Source of the DNA: Dudresnaya verticillata
Lineage: Eukaryota
Assembly (NCBI GenBank): GCA_977862235.1
Contig: OZ374560.1
Coordinates: forward strand, 1,178,001 to 1,242,000
DNA: 64,000 bases
Reading direction: 5' to 3'
The position numbers and the translations under genes were made by a program. Shown one piece after another: positions 36,233 to 48,227 of the stretch. How positions within the stretch are numbered: the first letter of the stretch is position 1; every line of letters starts with the position of its first letter. The notes under the pieces are model-generated. The model searched no databases. It saw nothing but the letters and a program-made list of their open reading frames with translations, and was not told the origin of the DNA.

Positions 36233-37824
36233 CATAAATCGCGAGAAATGCTCCGAATTGTTCCCAATGGCGAGCCGGAATCCCGACACAAGCCGTAGCC
36301 GCGTTTGCGGTCATCGCTTGCGCATTCAAGTTTTGGAGCTCCGCAGAACGACGCTCTTGCACGCGGCGCATCTTGAATTCGTCATGCTACTTCTTGACTT
36401 TGGCGTAGTCAGCCTTGTGCCTGTTAATATGCCCCTTTTTTTGACGTCGGGACTCTTTCTGCCTCTGAAGAATCTTGGTAGCGTCATCGTCGGCGGATTG
36501 AACTCGGCTTTTAGCTTTGTGCCTGTACTTGATCACGACCTGGTCAAAAAGTGCTGTACACTAGCTTCGGAAATCCCGGGGCGCGCTGCAGAAAGAGGGA
36601 AGTCCTGGTCCTCATCTTCATCGTTGCAATCCTTGACACCTTCTGCGAGATTCGGCACTTGAGACGAGAGGAAGTGCACATGGCGCCGCTGTATGTTACA
36701 CATGTAAAATCGGCGCCAGCATGCACCATAGCTCTGAAGCTCAGCTTCCAACGCTGCATCGGGGAAGAAGCGAGTTTACGCCTCATTTGCTATCTTATCG
36801 CACGTGTTGTCCAGAGTTTTCATCTTCTGGAGCGGCGCGCCGTAAATGTTCAGCTGCCTGATGATGCAGTCCTTCTCAACCTTGTTGAGGACAAATCGCG
36901 TGTTCTCAATAGACTTCCTGGGTGCCAGCGGTGCACCCAGAATGCCTGGGGGTTGGAGACAGCGGGAGGGGGTGGATGGTTGGGGGAAGGGCTAGGGGGC
37001 TGTGGCATGTTGAGACAGGGCCCGTGGTGTGGAGAGGATCGGTGGTGCTGCTAAGAGGGGAATGCTGCTGAGGGGGCTGGGGTCAGCTCCTCTCAGGGTT
37101 TCGCTTGTGTGTGGGCGCGATGTGTCCCCGCCAGGAAACAGCGAGAAAAATAGCACGGTCGTTGCGGGTGGCTCCACTATTATTTCTGTTATCGGGGAAT
37201 ACCAGGATATTTAGCAGCATGCTACTGCGTAATTAAAACCCGGATTTGTGCACACACTAAAATCGGGGGCATTTACCAGAAAAAAAGGCTTGATTAAAAA
37301 GGGCTAATAGTACAGTTGTCAGTTATAAATACGGATTAGTGGTAGTACCGCGTCGGGCCGCGTGAGCGGCCACAATAAATTACCCAATGGAAATTCGCCA
37401 TCAAATTTGGTGTCGGCAGGGACGCCAGCGGGGTGCATCGTCCTTACAGCGCACGGCGCTTGTGCGCGGCTTGCAGCGTGATGCGAGTGCGCGTCTTACA
37501 CCTTAATGCGCACACATGACTTACAGTGCGCCAGCACTTCTGCTGCGGCTCATTCTTCCACACCGCGCCTGAACGTGGTGCACCAAAGGGCTCTGATACG
37601 AAAAGCCGCCCATAAAAATTAACTACTGCATAATTTACTGATTTATGTTTCGTTCCGACTTCTCGGCTTGCGATCCGTGAGTCACAAACTGACTTTTTGT
37701 CGAACGATTTTTGAGCGCATACTCTCTCTATTGGCCACAATATTTTCTTCGCGGCCGTAAGTAATTTCGCTCGATAAAATCGTTTCCCAGTTTTTTTTTA
37801 TTTACCCCACAGATACACTGCGTA

Positions 37825-37974
37825 CAGTGGGGCAATTAATTATAGCGCTCCCCCCCAAAAGGCGCACCGCTGGACAACCCGACAGCCAATAAACAAAAAG
37901 AGGAGTGTTTCTGAACGGAAATGACGCGCTGAGAACGATGCAGGAAACGGTTTTATAAAAGCTTTAATAGTTAA
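37825..37974. mobile_element. One-ended fragment of a second Tc1-like element inside the Tc1 TIR
   Basis: About 150 bp absent from the other TIR, starting TA|CAGTGGGGCAATTAATTATAG. Confidence 0.55.
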
Positions 37975-38329
37975 CAACAGTCAAAAGCCACGATTCTGCG
38001 CTTTCTGGCGGTGTGTAATCCGTTTTCGGATTGAGTATTTATTTCCGTCGTACCCCCTCATACTGTAGGTGGTCGTATACTTATTTCGCGCACTGTACAG
38101 TATTGCAGGCGCCGCCTCCCGCGCGAAGCGATTAACTCTCACCGCGCGAGACGATTAACCATCACCGCGCGGGCGCACTTGCCCTCCTTGACATCGAGAG
38201 ATCCAAGTCTCTGCCTGCTGCGTGCATGCCGACCGTCCTTCCCCGCCCCTCCGCAATGCTCAGCCGCCGCCGCCACCGCCGCCCACCGCCGCCGCGCTCA
38301 CCATTCTCGCAGGCGCACACACGCCCGCC

Positions 38330-39396
38330 ATGCCCACCATGCCCGCCGCCCTCGCCGCCACCGCCCCACCCCCTGCCGCCTCCGCCGCCGCCGCCGCCGC
38401 CGCCGTCGTCACATCGCGCCGCCCGCCGCATCGCGCCATCGCCGCAGCCCTGCTGGCCGCGCTAGCTGCGGCCTTCATGCTGCAGACGCACGCGCATCTG
38501 CGCAGGCTGCAGTCGACGCATCGGCGCCGGCCGTCGCGCGCGCTGGCGCCGTCGGACCGCCGCCTCCGCCGCGCGCGCCGCATCCTCGCACGCGGCCGCG
38601 CGCCGATCGGCGCGGCGGTCGGTCTGCCCAGGCGGGCGCGTGCGCGCGCTACATCGTGTACGACAAGCCGGTGAAGACGGGGTCGTCGGCGGTGACGGCC
38701 GCGCTCAAGCGCGTGCTGCGCGCGGCCGGCGCGTCGTGGACGTTTTGCGATCGCGCGAGCTGCATAGCGCTGGCGCAGCGCATCTGCCGGCGCGAGGTGC
38801 CGCCGACCAACCTGATCAACCACCTGGGCGGGCGCCCGGGCCTGATCGAGTGCCTGCGCCGGCGCGGCTACTACGCCGTCACCACGATCCGCGCGCCGGC
38901 CCCGCGGTGGGAGAGCGCGTTTCTGTACAACCGCGCGCTCAACGCGTCGCACTATGGGCTGTCGCACACGCTGCCGTACGCGCGCTTCATGCAGTCCATG
39001 CCGCGCTGCGCGCTGCTGCGCTACTACGACGGGCGCAGCTGGCATTGCGAGGGCTCCGCCACGGCCGCGGCGCGCGCGCCCGTGATCGCGGCGCGCTACG
39101 ACGAGGTGGTCGACCTCTTCCACGCGCCAAACGCCACAGACCTTGCGCCGGGGCCCGTCGCGCGCGCGCTGGCGCGCGAGCTCAACCAGACCAACATCAG
39201 CCCGCGGCCGCGCGGGGCGTTCCGCCAGCCGTTCGACCACGGCGTGCTCGCGCAAGAGCAGATCCTTTACGACGCGCTGCGCGCGCGCGGGCTGCAACTG
39301 CGCGCGCTGCCCGAGCGGGCGTTGTGCGTCTTCGACGCGGCGGGCGCACCCGCCACCACCACGCCATTGGCCGCGGCGCGCGACGGTGCCATCTGA
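38330..39396 (+). CDS. Putative Golgi type II membrane carbohydrate sulfotransferase (Gal-3-O-ST/HS2ST-like); apparent frameshift near 38620-38640
   Basis: 5'-PSB-like YDKPVKTGSSAV and 3'-PB-like TTIRAPAPRWESAFLY. The TM anchor AIAAALLAALAAAFML is in the upstream frame (ORF 38222..38674). Very high GC3. Confidence 0.7.
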
Positions 39397-39987
39397 CGCG
39401 TCGCCGCGGCGGCACCCACTACAGTACTTGAACGCGCGCACACACTGCGCCAGCCGCGCTCGCCACACTCTGGCGGCACAAGCGCGCGGCCTCTCCACCT
39501 GCCTCGTCCCCGCGGCCGTCTGCGGCCGTCCACGGCCGTCCACGCACTCCCCGGACCCGGCGCTGCTCACGCGCCCCGGCCTGCGACCAGAGATCGGTTG
39601 CCAGCGACAGCATGGTGATAGAGCTGCAATCCGGCAGCAATCCGAGGGTCATCTGCACCGCTCCGAGCATTTGCACGGAGCAGCGTAGAGCACAAGCGGT
39701 AGAGCACAAGCGGTAAAGGTTGCGGACAGCAAGCAGCCAAGGCCAAGGTGCGAGCGAAGCATGCCACCCGACCACGCACGTATGCATGAGGCAGCTCTCC
39801 TGCCTCAGCAGCAGCAGGCTGGCGGCCACAAGAGGCACGCGGGTTTCGGGGTTTATCACGTGCGGCGCAGCGGTTGGGGGTGCGCGGTTGCACGGGACGG
39901 AACGAGGCATGCGGTTGCGGGGCGGCGGCTCCGCGGCGCGCACTAGGACTTTGCGCTGGCGCTGGGCATGCGGGGCGTCGCACTGTC

Positions 39988-40036
39988 CGTGCGTGCGTGC
40001 GAGCGTGCGTGCGTGCGTGCGAGCGAGCGAGCGAGC
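39988..40036. repeat. (GCGT)n/(GAGC)n microsatellite
   Basis: Tetranucleotide runs visible directly in the sequence. Confidence 0.8.
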
Positions 40037-43000
40037 AAGGCGGTTGCCGAGTTTCACAGCGTGGCGAGGAGGGCGGTTCCACTGTCAGGCGCGGCGATAG
40101 GGATTGGCGACGCGCGAAGTGGTTGCAGCAGTGTACAGATGGGGCGGGTGCGCGCAGTGCGCGGTGTTTGTTTGGTGGTGGGGTGGGCGCTTGGTGGTGT
40201 GCTGTACAACAGGCGGGTCCTATTGCACGCGTTATGCCCCACAAGGGCATTTTTGGTCTCTATTTTCCGGCGCCGAAGCAGCGAATAAGGCGAATAAGTT
40301 TATTCATAAACGGTATCAAGAGAGAGAGAGAGAGAGGCGTTTATTGAAGAACAAGCGCCATTCGCGGGCGAGCGTGTCACAGAGCGGCGAATGGAACAAA
40401 AATACTTTATAACTCTCGCGTGATGACGTTGCGATACCATGTCGAGGCTATTTTAGAGCTTGGCTCGAGGTCTCTACTCTGTAACAGTCTCGCACACTCT
40501 CAAGCGTCTCCAACGCCGCTGCAATAAAGTATGGTCTTGCAATTCGACTTGCAATCGACATCCGCCCATTCAGTTTCTACGTTTCCCCACTCCGCCATGC
40601 GACTTCGACGCTTGATCCGGGAATAAATAAGTGTAGCTGACCCAACTCTGATGCCGATGCTCTCGATACGCGGCGGCTCTCAACACCTTTCACCATTCGT
40701 GACTCGTCAACGAGCCAACAGCGCAGTCATTACCATTACCTACCTACCTTTCCCCCGGCTGAAACATGTTGCTTGACATTGCTGAATTGTGGCACAGCAA
40801 CAGACGACGGTCGCGCAGTGGGCGCAGATCGCACCGCGATGGCCGTCTGCCTGTCTGTCCGTGCAAATAAGGCGTGCCACAGCACTTGTATCCCGCCAGA
40901 CTACTGTTCAGTACGCGCGTGGTGGTGAGTGTGGTGAGATGGTCGCTCTTTCCTGTGCAAGGGTCTGCTTGACAGTGCTGGACTGTTACAAGCACAAGGA
41001 GTCCAACCTGCCAAGTTTGGCCTCGTCTTGAACCTGTACCGTAGCCAGCGTTGCTAGGAAGCGGCGGCATGCAGCTCTCCCTGGTCGCCGTTGCCTACTA
41101 TTTACGGTCTGCTGTGGCATCGAAATGGGCTCGATGAGCACCTCTTTCTTATCACGTACACTATGCTGCTCGAGTTGGAGGCAGTAATCACGCCACGAGA
41201 GCCGCCTACAATGGCTCAATAGACAAGGCGTACAAAAGGCCTCCAATGAGAACACTCAACGTTGGAGTCTTTAGACAAGTGTGACATTGCAACAAGTTAA
41301 GAGCACGTGGTGTTCGATATCAAACAGTTGCTTGTTTGTTTTTGCTTTCGCTTCAGGCGGTTTTTCCGGATTGTCGCTAAATACTCTACTTGACGTTCTG
41401 GCCTTTTGCCTCAACAAAGCCAGTCCTTCGCCTTTTTCGCACCAAAAGAATGATAACGCTAACGCCACTGTTCACACCATCAATGCACACCGCCTAACAT
41501 AATGCGACCCTTTCGTACACATGAGCAGGGCTGCAGACAATAACATTGCAAGTTATTGCTATCACAAATATATGTAGTGATCACCTACGTCGTGCAATAA
41601 GTTTGTGCAATGCGATGTTGATGTTTTTTTATTCGCACGGGCAGAACGAGCAGGTTTTATGGCATGAGAAACAAGAGGCGCGTCCCAAAGACGTTTATTC
41701 CTTTTTGAGGAAGACATGCACACACACACACCACTATTTAAATCTAAGGAGTCAACCCTGCGACATAGGAGCTAATTAACAGGACACATGGCAAGAGGAG
41801 GGGATACGTTGCGGCGATTTAAGCAAACTGCACTAGTTTGATAACGAGCCTAGTGCCGCTCGCCCACAAAAGCGCATAAATGCGTATCGTATACGGCACT
41901 TGACAAAGTGCAATGTGACTACAACAAGAATTGGAAATTGCATTGAGAAACTTTAATGTTGTATTGCTATTGCGCGTTACAACATATATTGCTATTGAAC
42001 TTAATTGCCCGACAGCGCTGCATACTGTATGAGGGACGACAGTTCTCACAAAGGCTCATAGGAGGCGTATTCTCGCTCGAGGCGTATGTAACCATACTGA
42101 GACTTGCAGCAAATTGGTCTCTCGATACTGTAGCAGTTGGACAAGACTCATCGACACTCCTGCAGTAATGGTGCCGTCCGAGGCTTAGTGTTCGAGTGTT
42201 TTGAGGAGAAGCTCTCCAATAGGCATGCGGTAGTGTCGTCCTATTACAGTGCCGAAGCGAAAAAGTTCAAAGGCGTCAATGCCACGACTATCCAAAGCCG
42301 AACAATCGCCACACAGCCTGAGCCGCGCCGCAACGCGTTGCATCTCTACAACACTCTTCGATAAGCTCGATTATGCTTTCAGTTTCGAAAGCCGTTCAAC
42401 GGCCTCTCAAATTGCGCTATGTAGGGACGGCGATCGGCGATCGGGCGCCACACAGTTTCACTACCGTATCACGCCTCGATACAGCGCAAGCGCAGCCCAT
42501 TCCTAACCGCAATATGGCACCGTGTAGAGACGTCTTGACTACTGTACCTCAGGCGAGAACGTATTTGCTGCAGTACTGTAGTATTTTGCTTTTTATTCAG
42601 AGCGGGAGAATGGTGTCGTAACTTGCCTTATGTATCATCAAGTGCTGCACTTCTGTGCATATCATGTAAGATAGTGCTCTTGTAAACATCTATCCCAAGC
42701 TACAATACTACGTAAGAACCCATTATCTTGTCGTCATCAAACTGTACCTACCCCTTATATAACGGAGCAAAACGCCGATAGGGGATCAATTGAGAATAAG
42801 GAAAGAGCCCTCCTTGAAGGAAGATGGCGGCATTTCTTTTGACCTTTGCTCCCAATTGTAGGGTCCGGACGTACAGTATCCCCAAGGCCGCCAACTTGTG
42901 CTCTGTGGAATCCCCTTTTGCAGCATCAGGCTGCACGGCGGAATTGCAGCTACGGAAGGCGTATCGTAACAGTTGCTGTACCAAACGTGCACGACGGCTG

Positions 43001-43636
43001 CACGTTGACGGCTTTTCTGTGCAGAAAGGTCCCGAGCGTCCAGAATAATTAAAAAGGTTATACTGTACCCGTCGCACTCAGTCTGCTCTCGGAACCGTAC
43101 GGTGCCCGGAACAAAATCGCAAGGAGGCAATTTATTCCAAGGTCTGACAAAAATCCCATACATGGAGCTGGCGCCCCGAATATAAAGGTCCAATACGGGG
43201 CGGGGCGGCCAACGCCCTTCGACGCTGACCATAAAGAAGCCCCCCCCCCCATCTCTCTCAATATCAATGGAAAAATGCCAACATCTAACATCTATCAAAT
43301 CTTCGCGCTTGCCCGATGATGTCGATATGCAACGAATTGTCTAACGCATCGCATCCATTGAGACTCCAACTTTCCAAAGATTAATACAAATCGAGCACCC
43401 CGACTTGTGCTTCATTACATGCCCCATTAAGGCATCTTCTTGCCGTCCAGAGAATATATGATGGCCTCAATTGGCCGAATGTCAATCAGCAGACTACCAC
43501 AACGATGTTTTCCGTTCCTCCGCACTCGCTATAAAGGAGTCCCGCGGCTGTGGCACCAAACGTCTCTCCGCTCCACACCGGGTCTGCGACTTGAACGATC
43601 AGGTGCCCGTGATCCGCGCCTCCCTACCCAAAAAAC

Positions 43637-44248
43637 ATGCCCCTCGTGCAGCGGAAGCTGCTCAGCGCGGTGGTGCTTGCCTTTCTCAGCGGTATTGTCG
43701 CGTCGCAACAGTTTGCCGTCACTCTTGTTCAGGGCCGATCTCGGTGCGAGCTCTCACGCATCCGACAGGACCTGCGATGCGCGTGCTTTGTGGCGTTGGA
43801 GCGCGGCGTCATCTCCGGCTTTTTCAGACAACGCTGCCGATCGGAGTTGAATCGAAACATTCGCTCCGGCCAGTCCAAATGCAATCGCTACATTCGTCGC
43901 GGTCGTATCCGCCCGTTCAGGCTCAGGAGAGTTCTCAGACTTCAAGCCGCCAGGTGCTTTAGGATCCGTTCAACCGCTGCGGGCACTTTTGGTACCACAG
44001 TGGATACCTTGTACCGTTTAATGGTAGACTTGTTCGAAGAGGGGTATGGCTTTCTTGAGCCGGGCGGAAACCCGTTTTCTGCGCCACCATCACCTTCTCC
44101 CTCCATCTCTGTCTCTCCGCTGCCGAGCAATGTTGTTCGAAGGGTAATCGATCTGAAGGCCACTAGCAACATCAAAACCGCGCGCTTGCTCCTCTTCAAT
44201 GGCATTGAACCCGCAGAACTGCACTCCGAGAAGAAGAACAACACGTAA
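43637..44248 (+). CDS. Putative secreted Cys/Arg-rich protein with a Pro/Ser linker; possibly truncated or decaying
   Basis: Signal-peptide-like KLLSAVVLAFLSGIVAS, spaced Cys residues and a PPSPSPS linker. Further Cys-rich fragments lie in other frames up to ~44800. Confidence 0.5.
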   Translation: MPLVQRKLLSAVVLAFLSGIVASQQFAVTLVQGRSRCELSRIRQDLRCACFVALERGVISGFFRQRCRSELNRNIRSGQSKCNRYIRRGRIRPFRLRRVLRLQAARCFRIRSTAAGTFGTTVDTLYRLMVDLFEEGYGFLEPGGNPFSAPPSPSPSISVSPLPSNVVRRVIDLKATSNIKTARLLLFNGIEPAELHSEKKNNT

Positions 44249-47200
44249 AGTCTCGAGCATCATCTGTTGACAGGAGCAATGCAGAGATATTCGGAAGATG
44301 TTGCAATCAATCGAGATAGCCACTGGGAAGGTCAGGAAGCGCCCTGGTTTCTCAGAGTAGACGTACTTTTTATAGTCGAGACCCCGCGTTCATATTGGTT
44401 TGTTGGCACATTGATAAACAGTGTGCCTGTTTTGTTTATCCTGTACTGTATACAGCAACGGACTGGTTGGTGGTCTCCTTTTTCCTACTTTGTAATGCCG
44501 GCTGAGCATCCCAAGTCACCGGGGAATAGCAGAGATACCCTAGCAGAAGAAGACAAAGCTTTGTTTGACAAGCACAGTCGTATTGGTTTCAAGTGTTGCG
44601 GTGGTGCGCACAGCACTCCAACGCATGTGCAACTTGTACCGCTTTTTCCGCACCCTTCTCGGTGCTACTGCAAAAGCTGCAACGTGCTCCGAATATGGTT
44701 GGTACTGCAGGCCGACTAGACTGGTCAACACCTTGGGCAGCACAACGACCAAGACGGCTCATGTCCGCGTCGTTCGGTGGTGCTGGAAGTTGGTTACGAC
44801 ACGTCGACTATTCCCAGTCGGTAGCACTGTACAATAGTACACTTTTGTATCTGTTTGGCACTGTTTTGAGGACCTCGCGGTAGATTTTTATAAAATCACC
44901 AGAGCTGTGACTGTGCGTGTGACGCCTTGGGCGCAGTGGTGTCCGGTAGATATGGTTACAGTACTGCACTGCGCCACGGACCGTGCGCGACTTATTAACA
45001 TTATTTAATAAGTTTATAGTCACATCTGTACATATTGTATATACGTAGTAATTTTTGGGGTTGCAAGCTGCTGCTGTAGCAAATGCGACAATTTGGCAGC
45101 TTTATTGAAGGGATGGTAATATGCACAAAGTGCACTATCGTCCGTTAGCTTTGCGCAGTGTCGTGAGGTGCAACTGCAGTACACTCTGCCGCACTACGTA
45201 ACACATCTCACCAAACTGATCCTGCGGCTGCAAGAGGCGCACCCCGCGGACCCTACCCGAAACACTCTCCTCGGAGTGCCGGTGCGGACCTCAACTTCGA
45301 GACGAGTGATTGCCGCAGACAATGACGCCCAGCACTCAAGCCCTCAATGTATTGATTGCCTCACACTGTGTATGCAACGAGTGTCGCAACAGCTCCACGC
45401 TTCATACAAAGCCTGTCTTGGACTTAGCGGCGTTTGCCTGAGCCGAACAATTGTCCACGTCAACAACACGGCCGTCTATAAACTCTCAAGTGCAAGAGAA
45501 AAGAGCCGTAGTGCTCAACCAGTGTACAACATGTCCTCAACTACTACTGTACACATCTTGCCGGAAGACAAACTGAACGCCTCCTGCACGCCGTCAAACG
45601 AATAGAAAAACTTCCGTCCAACCACGCAAGCTACCACGCGCATCTACGCCCGAGCCACCGCCGTCTGTGTCGTCGCAGACGCGCCCGGCCCTGACCCGGC
45701 AGCTACGGATGCCTTTGCCCAAAACATCTCCTGCCACCACATCCCCCGCCCGCCGTTCATTGCGCAGCAGTATGCTACCCAGACTAACCCGTCGCTGGCG
45801 CAGCTCCACCTCACCTCGCGACAAACCCAGCCGCCAGCATCGCAGTTTGTCGTTCCTGGCCAGCAGCAGCAGCAGCAGCAGCAGCCACAGACACATCCGA
45901 GCCGAACGATTGCTGTGCAAGGTGCGCTCCCGGAGGTCCCGGGGACGACCCCGTTGCCATATGTCGCCGTACCGCACCAGCAGCCACCCATCCAGAGCTG
46001 GCGGCGCCCGCGCTGGCAAAGTTCGGAAAGAGGAAAGCACCCAGCAAACACTGCCGCAGATGCGTATGCCGTCTTTGGGGACGCGTTGATGCTTGTTTGA
46101 CGCGTCTTTCCGTTACCACCCCCTGTGCGATTGTGTGGTTAATTGGGGCAGTCCTCTCTCCAGTGGCTTACCAAACACGCTTTCTATCATGCTTCTTCTT
46201 CTTCTTGCCCCCTGATATTGGTCACTGGCAGACCTGCTTTTTTGCTTGTTTTCTGTTTAGGACAAGACTTTGGAGAAATCTTGTATACGTTCTTGCCCGG
46301 AATGCGAACAAGTCGAATATCGTTCACGATCTAGCCTGGAGAAATCCGACACTCACAGAGCTACAGCGCGTAGGAATCGTGACGCCGCACTTGCAAGCGG
46401 TTTCGCCAGCAATTGCGACTTATCATTCGAGGATAGGGGCTGCAGCGGAGCTTTCCTTCCCGCAGTTGAATGGCCTTTTCGGCATTTGCCCACGACACCT
46501 AGTAGACATAGAGGACTTTCCAGCATAAGGGCACATGCCGATCTATTCATAAACACATCCACGTCTCTCTTCCTTGGTCTTTCGGTACGAACCACTTGGC
46601 TTTTACCAGCTGTGCTACTGTAGGATTACGGTTTGGACGAGTAGCAGGGATACGGAACTCGAGTTCTGGAGTGGACTCGGTTTCAGCAGCATTGCCAATT
46701 TTGGCAAAGTATCATGCGGGCAGTAAAGGAGCTCACCGTATCTACTATCAGAACGGCCACTCAAGGGGGCAAACCAGATGGGGCAACAAATCGTCCCCAA
46801 CCATCCTGATGGTAATCTACATGTATATGAGCTTCCCAGTCGTGCCCAGGCGAGTCTTTGTCCTGACAAAGCTGCTAGTATTCCAACGCCTATTGGTGTC
46901 CGTACATGTCTAATTGCAGTGGAGTTTGCCCTTTGCAAGCTCTTCTGAACGGGAGCTGCACACAGAGTAAGTGGGCCTTCAGAATTTGCAGCGCTATCTC
47001 ATATACGAGGGGTGCTGTCAGTGCAGGTGGTCCTCACGCACGATTACCATGCCAATGTTTGTGTGAGGAATCCCAAAATGTTGTAGAACGGGCTTTCAAC
47101 GTTCTCCAGAAATGCTAGTATCCAGTTGTTCACTGACAACCGTTGTTACAAATGCTGAGCAGTGCTGAACGAAACAAACCTGGGTCTGCCAGTGCGAGGC

Positions 47201-48227
47201 TGACAAATGCCAGTGCATTTCCTTTTCGCACGCCCAGCTGACTATTTTCACTTATTATCTGCTCTGCTCACTGGTATGGAAAGCCTTAGGTCTGTACAGA
47301 AGTGTCTTGGGCCGCTTTGCAATGCTCTGAAGGTGCCGGAGCTCATCCGCATCTGGCTCTGCCATCACTGTACACTGTCGGAAGAGCTGTATCTGCAGCA
47401 GCCATATCCGTTGATTGAGCGTTCGGGTCAAAGTCATCGTCCTCACTTTCCGAAGAATCCCACATTATGTCCCCTCGCTTTCTTCCGCTGACCAGAACGC
47501 ACTAGGGTGCGGGTTTGGATAGAACTCGTAAGCAAGTTTACGAAGGTTTGGACCAAGCGATGGCAGGGGTTACCCCAGTAGCCATGTTGAGATGGTAGCA
47601 CAGTAGCTACCAAGTCCGCGACGAGCGCGTTTTCCGCATAGTAGCGGAGGCCACCCGGTGTAACCCACTGAGTCACTAGAACGAATAGACACAAGAACTA
47701 ACGTTATAACCGAACTTGCAGGTACTGTAGTAGAGGAATAGCGGGTTGGGAATCAAAAATAGGTCAGCAGCCACACTCGACTAAGTTAGCAGGACACTGG
47801 GAGAGTGTAGGGCGGCACGAGCGACTTATGCGAACCAAAAGTCAGGTGTCTGGCTTGGTGATGGTTCAGGTCTGGCCTGGAGGGAAGGGGGCAGACCCGC
47901 GGATTGTTCCCGCATTTTTGCGCCACTGTTTGTATTCTCGACGCTCGCCGCGCCGCCCCGAAATTTTTCGAACCGGGGTCGAAACGTTTTCAAACTTTCG
48001 TGTACGTCGCTCGCTGTCTCCAATCCGGATTAGTGCCTTGATCCAGTTCCAGCCGCCTTTCGTCCAGTTCATCTCGCTATCGACATAAAACCATTTCCAC
48101 GTGCCTCGAAACACACTTGTCATCTACATGATTTGGTATCATTTTTGAAAATGGATTTCGTCGCAGGAGCTGAAATACAGCTCCCTCTAAACAGGAGAAA
48201 CTGCAAGCTATTGTCGTCCTGGCCTAC

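Larger units (their letters stand above)
23208..37000 (-). pseudogene. H2 second (accessory) ORF, interrupted by Gypsy A1
   Basis: Joining across A1 gives ...EQFGAFLAIYAARHNLQV...EPKE*. The 5' part at 36.3-37.0 kb is decayed and the start is approximate. Confidence 0.55.
20751..37305. mobile_element. PIF/Harbinger-superfamily (PHIS) transposon H2
   Basis: TIRs AGCCCTCTTTAATTAAG and (reverse complement) AGCCCTTTTTAATCAAG; TSD AAT at 20748-20750 and 37306-37308. Convergent ORFs. Confidence 0.88.
20352..37562 (-). mobile_element. Family-A-type solo LTR split in two (20352-20750 and 37309-37562) by H2
   Basis: The halves join into a full LTR colinear with 48228-48877; perfect TSD CCGCG at 20347-20351 and 37563-37567. 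Confidence 0.9.
17305..37729. mobile_element. PIF/Harbinger-superfamily (PHIS) transposon H1
   Basis: TIRs AGAGAGATTATGC and (reverse complement) AGAGAGAGTATGC; 3-bp TSD ATT at 17302-17304 and 37730-37732. Convergent Myb-like and DDE_Tnp_4 ORFs. Confidence 0.85.
14990..38095 (-). mobile_element. Tc1/mariner DNA transposon with ~220-bp TIRs, expanded to 23 kb by nested insertions
   Basis: TA|CAGTGCGCGAAATAAGTATACGACCACC at 14990 and its inverse ending CACTG|TA at 38095. TIR homology between 14990-15211 and 37730-38095. Removing H1 rejoins 17304 to 37733. Confidence 0.88.

Noticed and set aside
38260..39570. 436-aa minus-strand ORF
   Set aside because: Shadow ORF of the GC-rich sulfotransferase-like gene.
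45530..47700. Gln-rich plus-strand ORF remnant and adjacent minus-strand remnants
   Set aside because: Multiple stops and no diagnostic motifs; the (CAG)n tract alone is not enough to call a gene.
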